DNA of 64,000 nucleotides, from NCBI RefSeq assembly GCF_964355755.1, contig NC_092671.1, forward strand, positions 1,240,001 to 1,304,000, given 5' to 3'. The stretch comes from Antedon mediterranea. Its lineage: Eukaryota; Animalia; Echinodermata. Positions 36,601 through 49,315 of the stretch are shown here, one piece after another (position 1 is the stretch's first letter; each line of letters starts with the position of its first letter). The translations under genes and the position numbers were made by a program. The notes beneath the pieces were generated by a model. It ran no database searches. It was not told the origin of the DNA and was given only the letters and a program-made list of their open reading frames with translations.

Positions 36601-38510
36601 AAAAATTAATAAACTGTTTTTTAAAGGCATGAAATAGTCAAAATTCAAATAATATATTGTAAAAAAAGTGAAATGTGTGTATTACTAAAATTACTGTGGT
36701 CTTAGTTGATGTATGTTCATCTCACATCTTTTGATGTTGCAACAAATGCAAACATGTTATTTTTAATTAGGCAAACATTATGTAGTAGTAACACTAGCAC
36801 TACCAGATATGACATGACTTATGTAGTAGTAACACTAGCAATACCAGATATGACATGACTTTTTTTGTACTAGATTAAGTTGATGATAATGATAGGACAT
36901 TATTTTTATTTCTATTCACAAACGAGAGAGTCATGTGATGCAGCAGAATAAGTAGAATAGAAGTAGAAATAAAGATGGGTTAATTTGTACACATTCCAAA
37001 TACTGTATATAAATTTGTAAATAGAATGAATGCCATAGTAGACAACTGAAGGTGTGCGTACCACCAAGAATTTGATGGCGCACCGCATTAATAATGTTAT
37101 AATTCCTTGTTAGGTAATTGTACGGTACAGCTTCACACATTATCATGCTGCAATCTCTTTGTTCCCATTATTAACTCCCCCAAACTTTGACAGCATAAAT
37201 GTTAGTTATGATTTATGAACATACAGCTGGGCTTGAGAGGCTAACCCTGGGAATCTATTCAAAGATCTATGTGTTTTACACCTGCACAAACCTATTCAGA
37301 TAAAAATATAAATACAGGAACAATAAATAATCAACAACAAAAAAATCTAACAAATTATCCCAGCCCAGATAAGAGTAATTGTTTATGAATATTCATAGGC
37401 TTTTTGGTCCTCAAATATAAGCCCATCCTTAGATATACAGTAAGCCCACCAAATTATGTTTGAGAATGGTGAGCTTATGCCCAAATATGTACAGTAGGGG
37501 TTATGGACATGCAGGAAGGAAGGTAGGAGAGGAAGCACCAAGACAGGCTACCAAATATCTGGGAACAGAAGAATTAAATTGACTGAACCTATAAAATGCT
37601 TACCCAATTTTTCTTTTTCTTTTTCTTATCGATCTCGGTATCTGTCATAGCAGAGCCAACACTTGACATGCTATTAAGACTTCCAATGCTAGAGATACTG
37701 TCTGAGGAATGTTGTCGTGATAAATTGGAAGATGCTGCAAAACAGGAAGATAAATATATTGTTGCTTAATTATCATTTCTGCTTGAAAATCATGCATTTA
37801 TAATAATTGATTAAAATAAGTGATTTAATATATAGGATTATTCTAAGCCAACAGCTGACTTGATATTTGCACTTCAAACATTATCAGCTTGAAAAATAAA
37901 TATAATAATATAATGTATTTACTTTTTTAAATATTGTACCTTAAAAAAATATAATATATGTATCTATTTGGATTTTGATTTCTCAATTAAATTTCAAAAG
38001 CAGTACATATACCACAAATGTCAACAGAAACTCAAAGACTACGGTAAAGTACTGTATATCTATGAAGACAATTATTTCAGAAGATGATTTTTTTGATTTA
38101 GTAGGGCAGTACTGTCAGTTTATGACACTGCTTTTCAGAGGGGCCCTCTGAAACCCCTTCAGCCACTACAGCAAATTCCCTTTCTTTTTTAAACAAAAAG
38201 GTTTGTAAAAATGAATTCCAACATTTAAATAAACAACATATTTGAATGATCATCATGAATGAAAATAATGGGTTTTTTTTCAGAATCCAATCTAAATCAT
38301 ACATAAGCACCACTTACTTGAATTATGTCTGGAAGCAGAACTATGTCTTCTAATTGTGCCCTCAGCAGCGGACTGCTCGTCTTTCAAGTGTTCTATGCGA
38401 CTTCTTAACTCTTGTAATTCGCTTTCTTTCTGCTCTGAAGTTGTCGACAACTTCTGCAGACGATTTGTCATGCTAGATAGACTTTGTTCGAAGGCTGCCA
38501 CCACATGCGC
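27525..38510 (-). CDS. NAV2: Neuron navigator (NAV1/2/3, unc-53, sickie ortholog), C-terminal part: coiled coils and AAA+ ATPase domain; 5' part lies beyond the window
   Basis: 14 in-frame exons. Motifs AHVVAAFEQSL, RQHSSDSISS, KKKKKNW|IRSSF, Walker A GPSGTGKT, Walker B VVILDNLH, FRWVLCANHMEPVKGFLGRYLRRKL, TIGPRLFLSCP and DPL|LTMLMQLQEAANY...ESVL*. The symbol stands for the family; paralog assignment is not meaningful for an invertebrate. Confidence 0.96.
28795..28863 (-). CDS. NAV2: NAV alternative paralogous C-terminal exon: LSMIMHLQQASGYTSPPGTDQV*
   Basis: ttgcaacag| acceptor in phase 0; peptide homologous to the terminal exon; TAG stop directly followed by a GTAGGT donor. Confidence 0.75.
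   Translation of the reverse strand, partial: LSMIMHLQQASGYTSPPGTDQV
29266..29463 (-). CDS. NAV2: NAV exon: LYGRKASWDDPSEWV...LLRLRPADVGFD...EGDPL
   Basis: tatag| acceptor and CTG|GTAGGT donor; 198 nt. Confidence 0.95.
29590..29905 (-). CDS. NAV2: NAV exon: WVLCANHMEPVKGFLG...YLLEAVREGLQ
   Basis: tacag| acceptor and CAG|GTAATT donor; strongly conserved NAV sequence. Confidence 0.96.
30090..30263 (-). CDS. NAV2: NAV exon: SPDVAKVVILDNLHHVTSL...PYIIGTMSQ...LQLHHNFR (Walker B)
   Basis: tttttag| acceptor and AG|GTATTT donor; phase 2/2. Confidence 0.95.
30508..30618 (-). CDS. NAV2: NAV exon: SGKEVTDNSIAVYNVDHKTSKELRQYLKNLAEQCES
   Basis: ttttgtag| acceptor and |GTAAGT donor; phase 2/2. Confidence 0.95.
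30920..31260 (-). CDS. NAV2: NAV exon: EYILRIDPATNLGL...LLPCGYLVG...GPSGTGKT...IVQR (Walker A)
   Basis: ctttcag| acceptor and AG|GTTAGG donor. Confidence 0.96.
31854..31949 (-). CDS. NAV2: NAV exon: DTKESTILIGTVGISTKTNWDSLDSVVRRIFK
   Basis: ttttgcag| acceptor and AAG|GTAATT donor. Confidence 0.93.
32702..32799 (-). CDS. NAV2: NAV exon: DILLDDSSGTTTNGQRITIAVATGSFDETKNSE
   Basis: attttag| acceptor and GAG|GTATAC donor; phase 1/0 fits neighbours. Confidence 0.88.
32975..33019 (-). CDS. NAV2: NAV small exon: DRQRFSFASDHSGSL
   Basis: tttttcag| acceptor and TAG|GTAATT donor; 45 nt, phase 1/1, open frame. Confidence 0.82.
   Translation of the reverse strand: MAKGLVLHQITVVV
33341..33482 (-). CDS. 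NAV2: NAV exon: NEVTTLKQENDRLARQ...SRESL
   Basis: ttacag| acceptor and G|GTAAGA donor; LK.ENDRL coiled-coil motif. Confidence 0.92.
33601..33751. mobile_element. Fold-back MITE family A copy in a NAV intron
   Basis: GCTCAGTCTACACTATTAAAC...GTTTGATAGTGTAGACAGAGC. Confidence 0.85.
34130..34280 (-). CDS. NAV2: NAV exon: IFDLEQANETIDQLKKQLRERESKLTDVKLEALNSQHQVEQLRDQMAKLR
   Basis: ttgcag| acceptor and |GTAAGT donor; KLTD..LEAL.S.HQ motif. Confidence 0.94.
35017..35150 (-). CDS. NAV2: NAV exon: IRSSFRSAFSRKKKTSG...SASTP
   Basis: ttcctcag| acceptor and GC|GTAAGT donor; RSSF..AF motif. Confidence 0.92.
35751..35888 (-). CDS. Candidate NAV cassette exon: TTEYRCNTLPAKLPKDFSVHSGSESVTEQNQDISGKTKGLGQALTE
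   Basis: tcttcgtcag| acceptor and GAG|GTTAAT donor; 138 nt, phase 0/0, no stops, GC-richer than the flanks. Confidence 0.65.
36434..36463 (-). CDS. Candidate NAV microexon: LQIPSPTGDK
   Basis: cctgcag| acceptor and AAG|GTAATT donor; 30 nt, phase 0/0. Confidence 0.6.
37604..37734 (-). CDS. NAV2: NAV exon: TSSNLSRQHSSDSISSIGS...DKKKKKKNW
   Basis: ttttgcag| acceptor and TGG|GTAAGC donor; conserved KKKKNW. Confidence 0.94.
38318..38510 (-). CDS. NAV2: NAV exon: AHVVAAFEQSLSSMTNRLQKL...KESELQELR...RHNS
   Basis: ctttag| acceptor and A|GTAAGT donor; conserved coiled coil. Confidence 0.94.
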
Positions 38511-39363
38511 CTAAAGATATAAAAAACAAACAAATGTTGGTTAAGTCAACCTGCTGACAATACACACTGTAAATCATCAATTTATGATTAAAGCATAAAG
38601 GGTGTAAGATTGGCAGCAGTCATGTTGAACACAAACATACTTTATGTGACCCATGACATTATTTACATCGTTGTCGTTTATCATCAAAACATTCATATTG
38701 AATAGTCTACAGTATTTATTTTATTTTCTCCCAACCCACTAGCAAATACATGACTTTGTCAATTACAGGATGGAAACACATTACATACTAAGTCTCATTC
38801 TAGTAGGTATTAATTAATAATAGTGGGCTTATACTGGGATTGGGAGGATTATGGCAGGATTATGGTAGGATTTGAACAAATGACCCTGGGATTGGTTAGC
38901 AAGCATGTCAACCACCAAGCCACAGTGCCACTAAAAATTAATGCTGCAGTCAAATGCAGCAGGTCATTACAAGGGTTTCTGGCCGCAATATTGATAAAAG
39001 AATTAAGCATTGTAAGATACATATATAGTTTGAAATAAAATACACAAACTCAATTTGACCTTTCCAGTTATTAAATTTATGAGAGTTATTTGTGGAAAAT
39101 ATACAGTATTGTACATACACCACAAATATGCACACCATGAGCATGTAAAAAACATTGTTATTTGCAGTCTTTCTGTATGTACATAGAAACAATTGTAGAA
39201 TGCATAAAAGAGTTTACTTAATGAAGCAACCACAACCTTAGGATACTAAAAATGAATGTCTTTTATGCCAAATGCTCAAACATTAAAGAAATACAGACAG
39301 AAGTGGAATGTGGGTGTTGGCTTTATTATGTGGCTAACATTGTTCTTATTTTTAATAGATTTA

Positions 39364-40448
39364 GGCCCTGTTCAGACCCATGGCGTTAGACCGTTTTAGC
39401 GTACGACGCTAAAAGAATGTGTGTCTGAACAGTTGGGGATTAGCGTACAACGCGTCGTACAACGGTTGTAGCGTTGTAGTGGAAAACGGTTGATAGTACC
39501 GTTTTAGCGTACGACGCTACTGTAAGTCAACGTTGTATCCAATCAGAACGTTTCCTGTTATGACGCCAAACAAGGTTTGACCTAGGCTGACATCTTGTAT
39601 CGTCAATGTGTGAGATGGATTTCAATAACAAAAAGGCCAGAATAAATAAGGCCTAACTACACTACAAATACAACTGTTACAAAGGCTACAAACTATTATC
39701 AACTGATTACCATTATATTTTCTAACAAATGACATAAATACATGCACCTTGTATTTAAACATAGGGACTACGATCCCATCCGCTTTTAGGCCTAGCTAGG
39801 CCTAGAGCCATTCACGCATTTCATTCAAGCTAAAAACTAGCGTGGGACAACAAAAGTCACTCATTCATACAAGGCAGACTAGACTGGACAAGTTTAATGC
39901 TGAAAACCCCCTAACTCCTAAAAAAAACAGTAAACAAACAAGGGGAGCTGTGTCCCTTTTATTAGCAAGTTAAGGGTTATTTTCAACCGACTGGACCAAA
40001 GAATATATATCTTTGACTGGACTGGATAGACTAATCTCAATCTTTTTTTTCTTCATCATTACGAGGACGAGGCCTGCTTTATTTTCGTAACACAAGAGCC
40101 TGGGGAAAATGTTTTTTACTACAAAATAAAAACAATAGAAACAGAAATTTGACTTTACTATATTTTTCTTAAATAAATGCTGAGGTATGTTTTATTTACG
40201 GCAAATTTTGTCATAATATTGTAGGGCTGAGATCTAGGCCTATATACAGTGGAAATAATGATGAAAACACGTGGGTAAGAGCACATGAATATGCAACTAG
40301 AAACAACCTGGATGACGTACTTCCGTTGTAACGATAATCGTACGCTATGGGTCTGAACACCTCGTTTTTTTCTCTGCGGTTTGTAACGTGACCTTGATAG
40401 TAACGTTGTACGCTAAAACGGTCTAACGCCATGGGTCTGAACAGGGCC
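39364..40448. mobile_element. Non-autonomous PIF/Harbinger DNA transposon, ~1.09 kb
   Basis: 41-bp perfect TIR GGCCCTGTTCAGACCCATGGCGTTAGACCGTTTTAGCGTAC; TTA on both flanks; subterminal TAGCGTACGA repeats; no transposase ORF. Confidence 0.93.
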
Positions 40449-40639
40449 TTAGATCTATTGCTACAAAATACTAACATCATTTAAAAACACTAAAATATAC
40501 TGCAGAAACATGTAAAAAAAAGCATGTAAAAACTGTATACAGTACTAAAAGTAATACTTTTAAACAAAAATAACAAACTAACCTTATTGGCAGAACAAAT
40601 TATCATTAAATTGTACCTTTTCTACTGTATAACCAATTT

Positions 40640-41060
40640 AAAACACCAGAAATAAAATCTTGCTAGAAAAACACTAAAATAAAATGGATCCTTCTCTCGC
40701 TAAAAAAAACCACCAGAAATAAAATTGTTCCTTCTCTCGCTAAAAAAAATTACCAGAAATAAAATTGTTCCTTCTCTCGCTGGAAAACCACCAGAAATAA
40801 AATTGTTCCTTCTCTCGCTGGAAAACCACCAGAAATAAAATTGTTCCTTCTCTCGCTGGAAAACCACCAGAAATAAAATTGATCCTTCTCTCGCTAAAAA
40901 AAAAACCACCAGAAATAAAATTGTTCCTTCTCTCGCTGGAAAACCACCAGAAATAAAATTGTTCCTTCTCTCGCTGGAAAACCACCAGAAATAAAATTGT
41001 TCCTTCTCTCGCTAAAAAAACCCACCAGAAATAGAATTGTTCCTTCTCTCGCTGGAAAAA
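40640..41060. repeat. ~38-41-bp minisatellite x ~10
   Basis: Unit AAAACCACCAGAAATAAAATTGTTCCTTCTCTCGCTGG with a variable A tract. Confidence 0.95.
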
Positions 41061-42954
41061 CAGCACAAATAAATAGTTCTGTAGATATTGTTGCTCATAT
41101 GAAATAACAATTCAAACAAAGTGACTACATTGTTGCTTTGAAATAACACAGTCTTGATGACAATGGTACCTGTCAACTATGAAAATCCAACAAAATATAA
41201 CAGTTAACACAAAGAGAAGAATAGAGAATCTTGTCTTCTATCATGGTATTCAAAAATAATAAAAGCCACTGATCTGGACACACGCTTTCAGAATTTTAGT
41301 TGAGTTTTGAGGTAATTGTGAGGTGAGTGAATGAAAAGTACTCAAAATATTGGTATTTATATAGAAAGTACAGTTGGCACCCTGACTGACGTAACTACAC
41401 TCTCAAGTGGATTGTGGTAGCTAGTCAGTCTACCAGGGCTTGCCAGAATGTATTTACCCGGCTATAAAAAATGCACTCATTGGGACTATTATTTAATTAT
41501 GGTAAACAACAAGAATTAATGATTTATTCTTATAATACCACCATCAGAGTTTTATTGTTATTTTAAGAAATCTATAAAAAGGTATTTTGGTAGGATTTGT
41601 TTTTGCAATGTGAAAAATGTTTTGTGAATTTTTTTTTATAAGAATGGCCTCATCTGATGAATAAAATATAATTTTATGTCAATATGAATCTGATCTTATT
41701 ATAATGCATTATATAAATAAATTTATATATATATGATAATAACTACATCATACTGTGTATGCTATTATTAAACTATGGATTTTTATTTTTTCCCAGAAAT
41801 AAAATGGTTCTCTAGAAAGTCTAGTCTCAGCGTCTGTTTCCAACAAGCACCCTAGCCCTCGTCTTCCATTATTTAATTATTTTTACCTCAAACCTGTGGT
41901 CTCCAGACCTCACTAGTCACATGGTGATAAATCAGATACAGTATATGGGATAAAGGGTCAAATGTTATAATTTAGACCTACTTATTAAACACCCTTAATT
42001 TTAATTGTATGTTTTCTAACAACTTTAAGTAAGAATTTGATTTTGAAATAACTAACATTTACTGCATATTGTTACAGTTAAAGTAGCAACTTTGGAATAG
42101 AAATTTTAAAATTTGAATAATTGAAGGTATACAATTGCATTTTTCCAAATTACATCAAATAAATGTCAAATTTTCTCATAGTTTTGAATAGTATATCAAA
42201 TAACTACATTACCTCATGCATGTTGACTGTTTCTTCTCCACGAAAACGTTCAAACAATAAAATAGGCCTACTATCCATAGCCTTTGTAATTTGGTAATGT
42301 AAACTTTCACTTCTACAGCCCGACATTCAATATTAATATAAATAGAAATCTAATTTTGTTTTATTAAATCAATATTGCCAGTTTAGTCATAAACCACTAA
42401 AATATAACCAAACACTAAAATGAGCATGTTGATTTTAGTGTTACAAGACGACCAATATAAAAACCATGCTGAGATTAAACTATATATTACTTGTGCATCA
42501 CTAATTTAATACTATTATAAATATGAATATATAGAAATAAGAAACAATTTCACAATTGAGAAGGTCTATACAAAACATCCATAAAATCCTATTAAACTTG
42601 TGAATTTCTTTACACTTAAATGCCAAGGCTTCTGTTGGTTGTATAATGGAAAAATAAATGAACTATTTTTTAATACACTAACTGTGTTCAATCTGAATAG
42701 CTAAGAAAAGTTTTCTAATTTACATGACGTGACAAGAGATGGATTAAAATATTGACCGTTTAAAACCGATTAAAATATAATAAGAAATAAGCAACGAATT
42801 GGAAACTTTAATTGTTTATAACAAAGATATTATGTAAATAACAAAGTCTAACAAATAATGTTTGTGTTGCGTATTGTTGTGTATTTTGGCGCAATTGTGT
42901 GTTCTAGTTCTTTTATTACTGGTAAAAAGTATGGGCCAAAATAACTATATGTGT

Positions 42955-43170
42955 AGCATAGGTGCTCAACAAGGGTGAAAGGACCATGGTGGAGCATGGG
43001 TGCATGGATGTGCGGGTGGGGTCATGTTTGCTTGACAAGGGTGAAAAGACCATGGTGGAGCATGGTGCATAGATAATGTGCGGGTGGGGTCATGGGTGTA
43101 GGGCATGGACCATGTATGGCCGAGGCATTGGTGCATAGAACAAGTATGGATGGGATACGTGTGTGGTGAC
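42955..43170. repeat. Degenerate G-rich tandem repeat (CATGGTGGAGCATGG)
   Basis: A ~67-bp unit present twice plus decayed parts. Confidence 0.7.
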
Positions 43171-46100
43171 AAAAATGAAGAATAGTTCATAACATGAAAT
43201 AATTGAGGTTTTGTCTACATAGCTAATGTGCACTCACATCAGACACCCTTGGGCTGACATCATAACTGTCTGGTTTTCTACAAAGTTTGGTTTATAGAGT
43301 GTATTTTAATTGTACCTATAGGAAAGGATTTTATACCTTTGAGACCTTATGGTTTTTGGAGAATTTGTGGTATTCAAGGATTTTTGCATATTTTTAGTAT
43401 AAAAAAAAAACTTGTAATTATTGTAAAAGAATCAAATAACTTATTTCAATAATTTATAGATTTAATCAAAATATAAATTACGAATGAGGGTATGTTTATT
43501 GTAAATACATAATAGAAAAATAACGCTTAAAAGTTTCAACTCAATCATGGGGTCATTATCAAGTCCAATGAATAAAATATAAATACTAGAAATATTAATT
43601 AATATTGAAATATTAATCTCATTAAATATGTCTATATTTTAGTTAGGATATCAAGAATTAATTGATTAACAACAATGTAATTACACACAAGGCAATATGA
43701 GAATTGTAGCCAGAAAGCATATAGCAGACAGACAATTCCAATCTGTCTAAATGGACACTAGAAAAAGCTTAAGCTACGGATTTTATCTAATTGCTGGGCA
43801 TGAGTGGGCATTCAAAAGAAATAAAATGCATAAAAGCAATGGTTTACCAGACAAAATGACCCATTGAGATATTTGAAAAGACTCTTCACCTGACTGGAAC
43901 CCTTTTAGAAGTGGCGATATTGTGAACAACAACAATTTGGTACCTATTTGACGAGTACGAGTGGATATGGAGAGAAATAAAATAGATAGTAACAGTTTTG
44001 CAAGTGCATTGAAGACGTCTATAACTGCCTGGCATCATTTAACTGGTGGTAGTAATAGTCAACATTAACTAGCATAGTATATTGAATAATTCTAAGAAGA
44101 TCTTAACTCATTTCATTATCACCATGGTATGGTTCATAACTGCTGTACTTCAGAATGTAAAAGATACTCATAGGGTTTTAATCACGTATACAATAACAGA
44201 TAATGTATAATATGTAAAAATCTGCAAAAAAAAGTGCTTACTTACATTCAGAAATAAAATGTTTTGGAAATCATAAGTACAAAGTACGTTCCTGACCGGG
44301 TTAAAGTGACATCACTAACTGACAAAAACAAACTGTTTTGGTAACTTCTGATGTAAGCAATCAAAATAGCGTAGAGGATGGGAACTTGAAAAAACAATAG
44401 TAGAATACAAAGATTCTCATCCACACGTGATGCGCGTCAAACGACCGTTCACGTTTACCTAATCACATGATGCATTAAACAAACACGTATTCAATAACAC
44501 TTCTATATAAGTTAAATGAGGCATTTACGTATAGTCCAACCCTGAACGAATTTGATTGCGATTTAATTTACCTCATCATGCTCACGCCCCTTGATTGACA
44601 CAAGATCCATGTCGGGTCGTACACTTGGATCTTTTCACCATAAAAAGATGAATTTGTTCAGGGTCTCTGCCTCCTAATCGGTATGTTTGTTTACCAGCAG
44701 GTGAAGAGAATAATAGTATTAATCAGGATTTTAACTTGATTGAATCACAACAAGAGAATGAGCTAGGCCCTAAGTGTTAGCTCTACGGGTTAATTTTCTT
44801 AATCATTCAAGGGTGTATAGGTACATTGTGACAGCCAACAGTGGACCTAATGAAGCCCTTACGAGTTATCCAAACACGCCTCACTAATGAAATTAGTTAC
44901 ATTTTAACTAAAATTAACATGAAATTCCACTACACAGTAATAACATATTTTAAATTAGAATTAATGGAATTAACAAATACATAATTTAAGAATATATCCT
45001 TTATCTTACCTTATAAAATCATATTATTCCTTATAAGACGTGATATATGTTTATGCGTTGGAAACTAGATGTTTTTAATGACTGTCCATCTGCACTATAC
45101 ACCAGGTTTGTTATGATATCCAGAACAACATGGCCCTATCAGTTTCTAATTGTTTTTCTAAAGTCTCAAGAACTTATTGTCCTAGGGTGGATCATGAGAC
45201 AGAGTAACAATAGGAGCGGGCGGTGCGTATCACACACAGGGTTATCACATGTCCTTTGAAAGCGATCTTTCCCAGCCAATGGGAGCCTAACTATTGATCC
45301 TAACGCTGGTCAGTCATTGATAGGTGTTAGTTTAGCTACATGAGGAGACATTGTATTGTGGTGTATGATAAATGATGGCTTAGTAAATATTGTCACTTAT
45401 CATCAATTAGCAACAGCCAATTAACACATTTTTAATAACAATGAATTTCAAATCAGAAGTTTCAACATAAAGATCTCTATTGTTTCAACAATTAAGTTAA
45501 TCAATAAACCCTTTAATTGCCAAATGATTCAGATAATATTAATTATGAAATAATAATGATTTAATAATTGAATTGATTGGATGCACAAGATTCTTTAAAC
45601 AACCATCTTTTAAGTCTTATTGCTGAAATGGTCGACCATATGAAGACACCTCTCCATTTGGTATCCTTGCAGTTTAATATACTCCTTTCCTTACTACATC
45701 ACACTGTTATTATCCATGAAACACCTTAGTACTTAGACAATTGACATCTCAAATAGAGTTCTAAACTCAGCATACAAGGTCTTCATTTACACAAGCCTGG
45801 ATAATGTTTTAATTGAGTGGTATAGTTTGAGTTGTGTTTGCGTCATGCTCATGATTCTAACACCAAACATGATATCTATCATGCGGTGTTTTCAAACCCC
45901 TGTTGCTAGGAGCTGCCAACAAATTACACTTGTCAATGTAGACAGGATCTGATCGAATCATAGGCCTAGACCTGCAGTGAAAAATACTCTAGCAATATAC
46001 ATAGATCCTATCTTACTAAATATAAATAACAACATGTTCCTGATGACTAATTTGTTGCTTTATATCCAATCATCTATCCTATCATGACGACACATTTTCC

Positions 46101-47403
46101 TTTCTTGGAGTACTTTTGTTCTTCAAGTTGATTAGCGTACTAGCATACCTTTTGTCTTTTTTTATATAAAAAATATATTACTACGCTATTAAATGAAATT
46201 AATTCTATGAGCCCTAAGTTAAGGATGGGGCAATCAAATGTGATACAGGATCAGGAAACGTGAAATTACAATTTTACTATTCTTCCCTGATAGGATCAAT
46301 GATGTACATGACCTTGCATCCAAGTAGATACTAGTGGCTCATAATAATTAAAATTATATTATGAATAGTATCATGTATGTAATATTATCCACCAAAGTAT
46401 ATTACGGATAATCAGATTGCCATTTCATCTAAGACTAAACAGCTTCATTCTTTGTAGCCTAGAACTTCCAAACAACTCAAGTTGTGAGTGAAATAAAGAT
46501 AGCAGTTTTCATTGTATTATTTATTATTGATAACTCCATATTGGTGTAGAAATAGTCATAAGCATAGTACTAATCAAACGTTTCAAGATAGATAAGTACG
46601 TGCTGATAATGGCAAATAACTTTTTAGATAATCACAAATATTCATAGAGGGACGGTTTAATATAGATAATGAGATAATGGTAAATGACTCCCTAGCTTAT
46701 TGTAGATTAATAACACATTCAAGTGTATTCACCAATGATTTCATATGTTTTTAAGAATGAAAACATAATAACGATAATTATAATTTATTAAGAAATAGAA
46801 TATGAATAAAATAACACACCTGGACATTTACACTGACCAGCCATTGAACATGAGAGGGTTTGGATCACCCATTAAAATATTGACTAGTCCGAAAATCTGT
46901 TAAAATAACAAAGCAACCCTAGTTCTCAAGTGGAATTGACTGCAATAGGGAGTTCTAATCACCTGTATATAGCAGATACCATAGCTATTGTAGATACCTG
47001 GTCAAAATTGAATTATTAAATAGGGCTCATATATCGCAGGTGTTCTGCCTACCTTTATTATATAAATATGTAATGGTCTGCCATTGAAAAACATGGCCAT
47101 TACCTTGTTTATCCAAGCTCCTCTCAAGAGGTTTTCCAAAAAAAAAGCAGAAATGTTTATTTAGTAACTTTGTTTATTTAACGTCTGATATTTTTATCCC
47201 AGACTGTTTATTCTTTTTATGCTTTGTAAATATTTTTTATCTAAGAAATTGGGTAAAAAATGGCATTGAAAACAAGAAGTTATTACAAGCTTTAAGTAAA
47301 TGTAGGTGTTTAAAAGACAAACATAAAAACACATCAATATGTCATTCAGGCTACCCTACTTAAAGTCTAGCAAGATAGGGTTTTACCATAGAAATCAATT
47401 TAA

Positions 47404-47810
47404 GACACTTGGACATCCCTATTCAGGGGACACTTGGACATCCCTATTCAGGGGACACTTGGACATCCCTATTCAGGGGACACTTGGACATCCCTATTCA
47501 GGGGACACTTGGACATCCCTATTCAGGGGACACTTGGACATCCCTATTCAGGGGACACTTGGACATCCCTATTCAGGGGACACTTGGACATCCCTATTCA
47601 GGGGACACTTGGACATCCCTATTCAGGGGACACTTGGACATCCCTATTCAGGGGACACTTGGACATCCCTATTCAGGGGACACTTGGACATCCCTATTCA
47701 GGGGACACTTGGACATCCCTATTCAGGGGACACTTGGACATCCCTATTCAGGGGACACTTGGACATCCCTATTCAGGGGACACTTGGACATCCCTATTCA
47801 GGGGACACTT
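47404..47810. repeat. Perfect 25-bp minisatellite x 16
   Basis: Unit GACACTTGGACATCCCTATTCAGGG, no spacers. Confidence 0.98.
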
Positions 47811-49315
47811 TCTCATGAAATGATCAAGGGCAAATATTTGTTTTACATTCAGCCAACTATTAAGGGGAAACTTTGTTAGGTCCCAAAGTTTCCCCACAGT
47901 AGAGGTTTTATTACTGTATATTTCAGTTCTTTGCCTAATAAGGTACATTCAATATAAACAGATCTTTTGAGCCCCAATATCTTGAATCAAATAATATATG
48001 TATGTTTGTAATTAGCCAGCTAAGTGACAGTACTTTAATTCATAGTGACAAGATAGCAAATATCACATTGACCTCCACTGATGAGCTAAGTTCATTTGTG
48101 TTTTAATTATTCCTTATGAACACAAGTACTTCTTGTGAAGGATACGCTTATATCACCTTGGTGTTCTTATTGATGCAACAATGAGAAAGCCCTGATGTCT
48201 ACTTTGTTATAAAGCTATGTTTTTATAGAAAAAACTAATATTTTCATTAAAAAGTGCAATACAATCCCACTAAGTACATGCTAAAATAGCAATGCATGTA
48301 CGAAATCTGTACTGGGAGAACTAATATAATTACAAAAACAATCCTTACCTGAAGTTAGACGAGAGAGAGAGAGAGAGAGTGAACTTAAGCCCGCTAGTGC
48401 AATGGTCTTTAAGAATCAATATTTATCTATCATCTGATAGTTTAAGGCTGACTAACTCATTTGTATATAACTGCAGTCGACCTTGAGTTTATCATAAAAA
48501 TTTACTTAATAATCAACCAAGTGCTTGCTAATCCAACAGTGTTCCGAGCATAGTTACCTGAACTAAGTATGACAGTGTACCTGAAAGAAATTGTTTATTT
48601 ACGACTCTATCAAGTCCCTAAACAAATTCAGTTGCCAGGAGTTCAGGAGACTTCCCCAATATAATTTTATAATTAAATCTGTGCACAAAGATGGATTTTA
48701 TAATAATGAACAAACCACAGAATTTGATGCAACAACTAAAGAATGTTAATCTTGAAAAGACGGTACTTTTACCGAATGAACCGGGTGGTTCCAGGTTGGC
48801 TGCAGCGGCAGACAACTTCTATTCTTACTCAAACCCATCCCTAATTCTCTATGAAAGATTGATGAACAAACTTACAATACAAAAGCCTTGAACCGGAAAA
48901 TATTGGAAAATTACTAAGATTTATACTTTAGTAAAGAAAGACAAAATGTCTCGCTCCGTGACAAAGTGGAATCCAAAAATAAACCAAATAATTCATATTA
49001 CAATTAATCATAATTACATGTTTTCTTTTATTTAATACATTTCAGGATATATGTACAAAACATCAGTATCAATATAATACATTAATATCAAGCATTAGTG
49101 GTGATACAAATCCACGCTTGACTTACAAAATAACAATGAAAATATATCATTGTATGTCAATATTTATCATATATTGTGGTTTACTAAATAAGGGAGAAAT
49201 ATAAATAAGCAAACAAGTTTATTAATCAAAACAGGATTTATAGAACAACGTAAAACAAGATCAAATTTGAACAAACAAATTTAGGGAATTTAAAACAGAA
49301 TTTGTCGTCAACTAC

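Noticed and set aside
40700-41066. ORFs with repeated FWWFSSERR peptides
   Set aside because: Translation of a minisatellite.
47339-47879. Three overlapping 129-159 aa ORFs, and a CRISPR-like look
   Set aside because: Artefact of a stop-free 25-bp tandem repeat; no spacers, no cas genes, eukaryotic intron.
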